A stretch of DNA of 8,921 bases. Origin: Octopus sinensis. Lineage: Eukaryota. Positions 1 through 7,360 of the stretch are shown in pieces (the stretch's first letter is position 1; each line of letters opens with the position of its first letter). The stretch covers positions 1 through 8,921 of the forward strand of contig NW_021828155.1 in the NCBI RefSeq assembly GCF_006345805.1, in the 5' to 3' direction. A model generated the notes under the pieces. It was given only the letters and a program-made list of their open reading frames with translations, had not been told where the DNA came from and did not search any database. Made by a program: the position numbers and the translations under genes.

Positions 1-6
1 CTACTG

Positions 7-40
<34 letters not shown>
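7..40. repeat. (TAA)n microsatellite
   Basis: Pure TAA triplets. Confidence 0.97.
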
Positions 41-42
<2 letters not shown>

Positions 43-559
43 GCCCTGATGCAGTACCAGGTGCTGGCTCTCATGGCTTCTGATCTTAACTGATTGGAAG
101 TGTTATCATGTACATTGTTTTGTCTTGGTATAAAAGATGGGCTACAGAAAATATTCTGCTCAATACCACAGATTTGCTTGTCAGTTCTTTGACCTTAACC
201 AGTTGAGCATGTCCCTTAGTGGCTGACGATATGTGCATCTCTGATCACGAGCAGAAGTAGTGGGGGAGCATCATAGCCGTTTGTTGAAAGGAATTCTTTG
301 GGGTTTGAATAATTTACCTCTGGAAACATGGGTGTTTTGTTTAACATCCTCTAACAATCCTTATTCAGGGACCTTTTGATCAAGATGGGCTACTCAACCA
401 GAATATGAGATCTTAATATGAGATCACCATTTCGTGCACATATGGTTGTGATGCATGTGCCAAGTGTACCCTTATCAGACGGGTAGTCATGATGGGTATA
501 TTGGGCTTCGTATATTTTACCCCAGTGTCACTTTGGTGGCATGAACTGCTCTCTCACTC
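41..559 (-). mobile_element. ~520-bp interspersed repeat, probably a non-LTR retroelement 3' portion or SINE-like element, bounded by (TAA)n
   Basis: Complex non-coding block sharply bounded by same-orientation (TAA)n on both sides; on the minus strand it ends ...CATCAGGGCAT-(TTA)n. I recall a near-identical high-copy octopus repeat (unverified). The strand is inferred from the tail. Confidence 0.5.
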
Positions 560-597
<38 letters not shown>

Positions 598-610
598 TAA
601 TAATAATGAC

Positions 611-644
<34 letters not shown>

Positions 645-664
645 TAATAATAACAATAATAATG

Positions 665-737
<73 letters not shown>
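560..737. repeat. (AAT)n microsatellite with a few GAT/GAC/CAA interruptions
   Basis: About 59 triplets; source of the poly-L/Y/I pseudo-ORFs 554..763 and 558..770. Confidence 0.97.
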
Positions 738-1016
738 CGCGAGAGCAACAGTATTAATATCAAAAGGCAATTTTTATGTCCAACTTAAGAAGGATGTTTG
801 GTTAGAACACTGAAGAGTACGTTATTTATCTTCAGTATACCTCTCATATAGAGCAATGCTGCATAAAAACACTCATATTTATATGGTTGGCAGCCGAGAA
901 TTGTCGCCTACGTGCACCAGAACTGCCAAATCACGTAATTTAGACTTGCCTGGCCTCATCAGTGACAGAGGCTCTGTAGTGGCACAACCGCCGAATATCA
1001 CTGTCAACGATATATA

Positions 1017-1361
1017 CCGTACTTGATGCCCTATAAGACGCACGATTGCATAGGACGCACCCTAGTCTAGGCTATACTTTTATAAATTAAATTGGCACTA
1101 GAATTATGTTTTAATTCCTACACTTACCTGTATAACTCTATGTTATTACCGGTAATTATAAGCAATTAATTGCATCCATATTCGGTATATACATACCGTA
1201 TGCGATTGTTCAACAATAGATGGCAGCACGCGTTTTGTAAACATACATAACGTTTTGAACCAGTTTTGAGCCTACATTGAGCGCATTGAAAGCAGGGGGA
1301 TTTTTAAAGCCATTTTTGGGGATTTAAAAAAAAGGTGCGTCTTACAGGCCATCAAATACGG
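1017..1361. mobile_element. Non-autonomous Tc1/mariner-superfamily MITE with Tc2/pogo-like ends
   Basis: 27-bp terminal inverted repeats (TIRs): CCGTACTTGATGCCCTATAAGACGCAC (1017-1043) against the reverse complement of 1335-1361, CCGTATTTGATGGCCTGTAAGACGCAC (24/27). TA at 1015-1016 and 1362-1363. Subterminal repeat TAGGACGCAC at 1051-1060. CCGTA termini with a TA TSD are typical of Tc2-like elements. Confidence 0.88.
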
Positions 1362-1690
1362 TATATTGAATTTCAAGGTCCTTTCATTCAACTGACCTAA
1401 CTGGAGTTATCTCCCATGACATTGTCTTGAGGTTTTATACTCTGAAAAATGGATATTGGTGTATTAATTGCTGAAGTGATCACAGTTTGCCACATATTTT
1501 CGATTCACTGTATTACGTATGAAATATGGTTGGCGTATAAGGTGCGAAGATGCTTGCTCTGGGTTTATTCAGATTTTTTGGCGGCGTTGATCAAGACTTT
1601 TCTGCTATAAATCTGGATTGACTTATATTTTGTGAGATAGTTAGTAGAAAGAAACGGTTCAGTTGTCCACCGTAGAATTACATACATTCA

Positions 1691-1717
1691 AACACACACA
1701 CACAAACAAATGTATGA

Positions 1718-1784
<67 letters not shown>

Positions 1785-2031
1785 TTTGTATGTGTGTATG
1801 TGTGTATAGATACGCATACAAACATGTCAATATATATATTCGAAAATATATGTGAGCACGCGCGTGTGGGTCTGCATTTTTCCGGAGAAGTGATTATTTG
1901 ATGACGTTGTATAAATGAATGCTCATACATACATACATATCTGTACATATATATACACACACACACACACACACATACATATATATAATATATATATATA
2001 TATACACATGTATATATATATAATATATATA

Positions 2032-2065
<34 letters not shown>

Positions 2066-2160
2066 TTATGTATGTGTATATATGTGTATGCACGTAAGTA
2101 TGTAAGTATGTATGTATGTAGCTGTGTATGTATATAGGTAGGTTAGGTGTACGTATAGAT
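1691..2160. repeat. Compound microsatellite block (CA)n/(TA)n/(TG)n/(AC)n/(TA)n/(TATG)n with a short unique core
   Basis: (TA)n 1721-1745, (TG)n 1745-1782, (AC)n 1955-1974, (AT)n 1979-2062. Confidence 0.93.
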
Positions 2161-2239
2161 ATACATACAGATATGTGTGTATATCTATGGGTATACATAT
2201 ATTTGCTTGCTTGCTTGCAAATCTGTGTCTATGAATATT

Positions 2240-2254
2240 TGTGTGTGTGTCTGT

Positions 2255-2287
<33 letters not shown>
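2240..2287. repeat. (GT)n microsatellite
   Basis: GT repeats with two CT interruptions. Confidence 0.95.
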
Positions 2288-2291
<4 letters not shown>

Positions 2292-2451
2292 CAGTTGTGT
2301 ATGAGTTCGATTTTGTCTATGTGTATGCGTTCGTCTTCGTGCGCGGTGGTTATTGGGTGATGCTAATAAAATTTGATGCAGGTTTGTAATTACATAGAAA
2401 TGTGATTTACATATTTCAATCTATAAGCACGCCATCACGTTTACCTTCGCA

Positions 2452-2607
2452 AATATACATACACACACCCACATATATATACATATATACATATATATAT
2501 AGACACACACGCATATATATATATAAACACATATATATGTGTGTTTCTTAACGTGTGTGTATAAATATACATACATACATATATATATATATACATATAT
2601 ATATATA

Positions 2608-2643
<36 letters not shown>

Positions 2644-2835
2644 ACATACATATATAATATCTATATATATATATATATATATACATATATAATATATCGA
2701 CATACATATCTATATACATATACAAATACAAACATATATATATATAGATATCTATATATATATATATATATATATACTACATACACACACATACATACAT
2801 ACATACATACATACATACATACATACATACATACA

Positions 2836-2864
<29 letters not shown>
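2452..2864. repeat. Degenerate (AT)n/(AC)n block ending in pure (ATAC)n (2790-2864)
   Basis: Direct inspection; explains the YI/HTYI/MYVC pseudo-ORFs. Confidence 0.95.
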
Positions 2865-2867
<3 letters not shown>

Positions 2868-2954
2868 ATTTATTATATATAATGATTTTTTATATGTGAA
2901 TTCTAACTGCAAAATAAATGTCAATTGAATATTTCATATATGAAAAATACATCG

Positions 2955-3089
2955 CAACAACAACAACAACAACAACAGCAGCAACAACAATAGCATCGGC
3001 AAGAACAACAACTACAACAACTATTACACAACTGTAACAACTATTAGAGATTATAACAACTCCCACAACAACAACGACAACAACAACAA
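2955..3089. repeat. Degenerate (CAA)n
   Basis: CAA triplets with CAG/CTA/CGA variants. Confidence 0.9.
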
Positions 3090-3134
3090 ACAGAACCTCT
3101 GTTTTGCTCTCTTTATTCCCCTCCATTCCCGATC

Positions 3135-3262
3135 ATTTCTAGATTTTTCTCTTTTTTTTGTATTGTTGTTGCTTTTTTTTCTTTTTTAATATTTATTTTT
3201 AGTCTTATTTCTACTTTTTATTCTTTAGCATTTTTTTCTTTCTTTCTATTTTTCTTTCTTTT
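3135..3262. repeat. T-rich low-complexity tract
   Basis: T runs punctuated by C/A. Confidence 0.75.
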
Positions 3263-3394
3263 CGGCAATAATATAATGTTTTCATATACAATATAGCAAA
3301 AGCAGAGAGATCGATTTCCGATAATATCGGTAATCGATAAGAGTTCAATTATTTGTTTCAATTATTTCTGCTTGCCATTGCCGTGAGCGTGATA

Positions 3395-3530
3395 GTGGTG
3401 GTGGTGGTAGTGGTGGTGGCTGTAGTGGTGGTGGTGGTGGTGGTGGTAGTGGTAGGAGGGTCATGAGTGATAGTGGTGTCGTGGGTGTTGCTGATGGTGA
3501 TGATGGTGGTGGCGTGTTGATGGCGGTGGC
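3395..3530. repeat. (GGT)n microsatellite, degenerate toward the 3' side
   Basis: GGT triplets, nearly pure at 3395-3452. Confidence 0.9.
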
Positions 3531-3606
3531 TGTGCTGAGATTTTGCAACAAGATTTTAGGTTCTCAGTGTGTTAAGAGGATGACAATTTGAAGATTGCTC
3601 TTCGTT

Positions 3607-3671
<65 letters not shown>

Positions 3672-3771
3672 ATACTACTATACTACTACTACCTATACTT
3701 CCTATACTACTACTAGTGCTGCTGCTGATACAACTAATGCTGCTGTTACAGCCAGTGCTGCTACTACTGCT
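3607..3771. repeat. (TAC)n grading into (GCT)/(ACT)n
   Basis: Pure CTA repeats 3607-3670, then decay and TGC-type triplets. Confidence 0.92.
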
Positions 3772-3781
3772 AGAAACATCA

Positions 3782-3883
3782 TGAGGATGATGATGATACT
3801 AACGATGATGACGACGACGACGATAATGTTAATGACGACGACTATGAAGATGAAGATGACGCCGACGACGGCGACAACGACGG

Positions 3884-3919
<36 letters not shown>

Positions 3920-4095
3920 CGACGACGACGACGAAGATTTCGATATTGATGATGATGATGTTGACGATGACGATGACGACAACGCGACGATGATGAGAAT
4001 GACGTTATTGATAATCTTGATGATGATGATGACGACCACCACGGCTTTGATGATGATGATGATGACGACGACAATGATGATGGTGATGATGATGA
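3782..4095. repeat. Degenerate (GAT)/(GAC)n
   Basis: About 100 GAY-type triplets; source of the poly-M/S/H pseudo-ORFs. Confidence 0.92.
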
Positions 4096-4417
4096 ATTAC
4101 ATATATATGTGTAATAAAACTGGGCCGGATTAGTAGCGAACTAACCTGGACTATAATGGCACAGATCGGTATTTTGTTTGAGATTTTGGGCCTTTATTTC
4201 TTTGCTTGCTCAATTTTCTTATTTGTTAGAAATCTATGCTTCGTACATAAACCCCTTTCAATGTATGTGTGTGGAGGGCAGGGTTAGCTATGCTATAGCA
4301 CTCAGCCTGTTATAACGACAACTAAACTCCCCCTTCAACGTAAACCAAACTGCTTATATACGGGGTGTCCCAAAATGAAAGCAACCAACACTTTTCAATT
4401 TTGCTAAAGCAAAATAT

Positions 4418-4814
4418 CTTTTTCTTCTCTAGGCACAAGGCCAGAAATTTTGGCGGAGGAGGCCAGTCGATTAAATCGACCTCAGTGCGCAACTGGTACT
4501 TAATTTATAGAACCTGAAAGTATGGAAGGCAAATTCGGCCTCGGCGGAATTTGAACTCAGAACGTAAAGACAGACGAAATACCTATTTCTTTACTACTCA
4601 CAGGGGGCTAAACACAGAGAGGGCAAACAAGGACAGACAAACGGATTAAGTCGATTATATCGACCCCAGTGCGTAACTGGTACTTAATTTATCGACCCCG
4701 AGAGGATGAAAGGCAAAGTCGACCCTGGCGGAATTTGAACTCAGAACGTAAAGACAGACGAAATACCGCTAGGCATTTCACCCTATGTGCTAACGTTTCT
4801 GCCAGTTTGCCATC
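4418..4814 (-). mobile_element. Dimeric tRNA-derived SINE (octopus-type) with a 17-bp TSD
   Basis: A-box-like TGGCAGAAACG (4794-4804) and B-box-like GAGTTCAAATTCC (4730-4742). 118-bp core duplicated (4650-4767 and 4466-4583). A-rich tail GAGAAGAAAAAG. TSD TTGCTAAAGC(A/G)AAATAT at 4401-4417 and 4815-4831 (16/17). Homologous to 8299-8650. Confidence 0.92.
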
Positions 4815-4898
4815 TTGCTAAAGCGAAATATTGTTATATTTTGGGTCCAAGCGGTGCAATGTAATGGTAAAGGAAACACATTTATGACATTACCACAT

Positions 4899-5870
4899 TT
4901 ATTCGATATGACCGCATCTGTTTCCAATCACAGCGTTAAGGTGCGAATGCTTCACATGCAACACGCAGCTGTTCTTACGGAATCAAAGCACATTCCTGGT
5001 GCAGTTTTGCCTTTAGAGCATCGAGCGAAACACGAGCAGTGGTCAAGACCCTCAGAAAAAGTTCAACGGTTTGAGATCGGGAGATTTTGAGGGCCATACA
5101 CCTGTGCCTATCAACGACGAAATGTTTTTCTCAATCCAGTGATGTGTCTTTTTGGATGTGGGATGGTGCCAAGTCCTGTTGGAGGAACCAGGTTTAGCCT
5201 TGAATGTACTCATTCGCCTATGGAAGCATTTCAACTTCGAGAATGTCGTTAATGTATTGTTAAATGTTTATTTTAATACCCGAGGTTACAAAAACGAGGT
5301 GAGACCTTCTAGGGGTTGTCACAGCCGCCCAAACCATAACTGAACGTGTATTTTGAAGTCGATTTACGAGTCTACTCTCGACGGAGCCAGATACACTCCT
5401 AACCCGGTCATTCTGGTGGTTTACTGTTTGTTCACTGTCCAATTTCTTTTTATCAGTGAACACCAGGTTGAGTAGCATGTCTTCAGCAATCTGACGCAGG
5501 AGAGGGCGAGTACTCTTCAGTCTCATGGCTTTATATACTAGCGTTAGCTCATGACGGCGGATCACCATGTAGGCCTGGATCCTGAGGTCCTGCTCAGCAT
5601 TCGATACACCCATTTTCGACTTATCTTTACTGTAGTAACCAGTTTTCTGGCGGAGGGACAAGGATCTCACCGTATTTTTTCTCTGGTACTTTTCAGAAGC
5701 TGAGGGGTCGCACACATCTTTTTAGGCCACGTCCAGATCGATCGGTAGAACCAGTCACTTAAAATTTCTTGTCAAAATTCCAGACTGCTGTTCGGTTAAT
5801 TTCAAGCTTTCCTTTTTTTTCCTTTTATTTTAACTTTATTACTTTCGCTTCTTTTGTTGAGAGATATCAT
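4899..5870 (-). pseudogene. DD37D (maT-type) transposase pseudogene
   Basis: Manual minus-strand translation across frameshifts gives ...LEINRTAVW...TGSTDRSGRGLKR (HTH plus GRPR-like motif), VFTDKKK (D1, 5452-5454), NHQNDRV, SVMVWAAVT, GIKINI*QYINDILE, WFLQQDLAPSH (D2, 5173-5175), a frameshift, then SKKTHHW...WPSKSPDLKPLNF. There are 37 residues between D2 and the third catalytic position (counting one T codon restored at the frameshift), which here is N (5061-5063). C-terminus SLDALKAKL...EQLRVACEAF...GHIE*. Several stops and frameshifts. The start ATG at 5870 is tentative. Confidence 0.93.
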
Positions 5871-6046
5871 TGTATTTCTGTTTACAGCTATTATCTCATT
5901 TATAAATCCGAATTTATTTACTCTGAAACAAAAAGAAGACACACTAAGCTTTAATAAGGACGTATAATTTTCATATCACTTCAAATTTATTGCGAGTTAT
6001 TAAAGTCCCCGAAACTTACGTTCCCTAAATTTCGGAACACCCTACG

Positions 6047-6110
6047 TATACATACATACATCATACATACATACATACATACATACATACATACCTACAT
6101 ACATACATAA

Positions 6111-6153
<43 letters not shown>

Positions 6154-6161
6154 TATATACA

Positions 6162-6192
<31 letters not shown>

Positions 6193-6204
6193 TATATTAT
6201 ACAT

Positions 6205-6243
<39 letters not shown>

Positions 6244-6324
6244 CTATCTATATATATACATATATATATATATATGTAATATATATATATATATATATAT
6301 ATTATAGTATATATAATATATATA
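6047..6324. repeat. (TACA)n then (TA)n microsatellite abutting the transposon end
   Basis: Starts at the TA that flanks the right TIR. Confidence 0.95.
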
Positions 6325-6433
6325 ATGAGTGAAACAACTAGATTTAAATCTCTGAATGAGATCTAAGTAATACGATACTGTATATCAAAATGTATTTCCC
6401 AACGTCAGGTGGCGTCCTGCGTCAGGACCATGT

Positions 6434-6469
6434 TACTAACTTTTAACCCCAAGAAATCATCTTTTCCAG
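6434..6469 (+). other. Candidate branch point plus 3' splice site
   Basis: TACTAAC (6434-6440), then TCATCTTTTCCAG ending at 6469; the branch A lies 30 nt upstream of the acceptor G. Confidence 0.4.
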
Positions 6470-6551
6470 CTGGTTATCGACACACGATCTGCGTCTGAAA
6501 TATACTGAGAGAAAAGGAGTGTACTACTTCCTCTTAGCCACTACCAGTACC

Positions 6552-6640
6552 AACACACACACACATATATATATAGATATATACATACATACATACATAC
6601 ATACATACATACATACTACATAATACAAACACACATATAT
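6552..6640. repeat. Compound (CA)/(AT)/(ATAC)n
   Basis: Direct inspection. Confidence 0.9.
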
Positions 6641-6650
6641 ATTTTGTTTT

Positions 6651-6695
6651 TTCTTGTATTCTTTTACTTATTACAGTCACTTGACTGCGGCCATG
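6651..6695 (-). mobile_element. 3'-terminal remnant of a second SINE family
   Basis: The minus strand reads CATGGCCGCAGTCAAGTGACTGTAATAAGTAAAAGAATACAAGAA: a stem-loop (CAGTCA/TGACTG, 6674-6687) plus an A-rich tail. It resembles the 3' end of an abundant octopus SINE as I recall it (unverified). Confidence 0.55.
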
Positions 6696-6739
6696 ACGTG
6701 TAAAAACTGAAACGTGTAAAAACGTAAAATAATAAAAGT

Positions 6740-6825
6740 ATATATTTATATATATATGTATTGTTTATAGTGATATATACATATGTATATGTATATATGA
6801 TTATAGTTATATATACATATGTATG

Positions 6826-6894
<69 letters not shown>

Positions 6895-6940
6895 GTATGT
6901 GTGTGTGTGTGTGTGCGTGTGTATGTGTGTGTGTGTGCAT
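6740..6940. repeat. (AT)n followed by (GT)n
   Basis: Direct inspection. Confidence 0.95.
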
Positions 6941-6974
6941 GAGATAATACATACATCTAAAGCAAACTATTTTC

Positions 6975-7085
6975 AGGGGCCCTTAAATACCATTCTGGAT
7001 CTCCAATTTACTATTTTCTTGCATGAACCCCTAAAGATCTTATGTGGAACCTCGAGGGCCATATGGATCCCGGTTGAGAACTCTT
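6975..7085. mobile_element. Possible truncated terminus of a hAT (Charlie-like) element
   Basis: Ends in GGATCCCGGTTGAGAACTCT, similar to the GGTTGAGAACCCCTG-type right ends of hAT elements. No partner TIR is seen. Confidence 0.3.
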
Positions 7086-7360
7086 TGTGTCTAGGCTTCT
7101 AGGAATAGACAATACAGCAACAGACAGCAAAAGCAAGGTAACTGTTGCAGTCTAGCTAAGTCCACTTTTCCTGTCTTTTCTACGACCAACAGCAAGACCT
7201 ATAAGCTTATAGGAATAGATATTATTCATTATACGTCGGTTTACGCGGTATAATGGCCAGCTGGATAGAAACATTGTGTATCTTTAGCAAATTTAGGGCT
7301 CTTTCTGGTAGTTCAATGAATATATACCATAGAATGTTAGTTCAAGGCTGATGAAGTCAC

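Larger units (their letters stand above)
4361..6046 (-). mobile_element. Decayed Tc1/mariner DD37D (maT-type) DNA transposon with a nested SINE
   Basis: Left end TA|CGGGGTGTCCCAAAATGAAAGCAAC (4361-4385). Right end, reverse-complemented, TA|CGTAGGGTGTTCCGAAATTTAGGGAAC (6020-6046). 19/25 matches with a 2-nt gap. The ends enclose a transposase relic; the length without the SINE and one TSD copy is ~1.27 kb. Confidence 0.85.

Noticed and set aside
547-747. 7-bp inverted match TGCTCTC/GAGAGCA flanking the (AAT)n array
   Set aside because: Too short to distinguish from chance.
881-1534. 11-bp direct repeat ATATGGTTGGC (881-891 and 1524-1534) as a TSD
   Set aside because: No element termini adjoin either copy.
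1449-1610. 53-aa ORF MDIGVLIAEV...KTFLL
   Set aside because: Short, no recognisable motif, and expected by chance.
554-4074. All supplied ORFs in this span (poly-L/Y/I, YI, CV, HTYI, V, P, M, S and H tracts)
   Set aside because: They are translations of microsatellites that happen to lack stops in that frame; no domain content.
4280-4300. AGGGTTAG telomere-like octamer and TGCTATAGCA palindrome
   Set aside because: A single unit and a 10-bp palindrome are background level.
4466-4767. CRISPR- or REP-like palindromic repeats
   Set aside because: These are SINE-internal duplications in eukaryotic DNA, with no repeat-spacer array or cas genes.
5052-5715. ORFs 5260..5715 and 5052..5234 as functional genes
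   Set aside because: They are fragments of one disrupted transposase; their ATGs are internal or out of frame.
4815-5954. Plus-strand ORFs 4815..5090, 5152..5343 and 5769..5954
   Set aside because: Antisense shadows of the minus-strand transposase relic.
7035-7070. Polylinker-like cluster BglII/XhoI/NdeI/BamHI (vector contamination?)
   Set aside because: There is no other vector sequence, and it runs into a hAT-like terminus. A UniVec search would settle it.
6746-7102. ORFs 6746..6952 and 6863..7102, and a possible exon ~6976-7137 (TTTCAG ... AAG|GTAACT)
   Set aside because: The ORF starts lie in (AT)/(GT) repeats, the long frame stops at 7100-7102 before the donor, and there is no recognisable homology.
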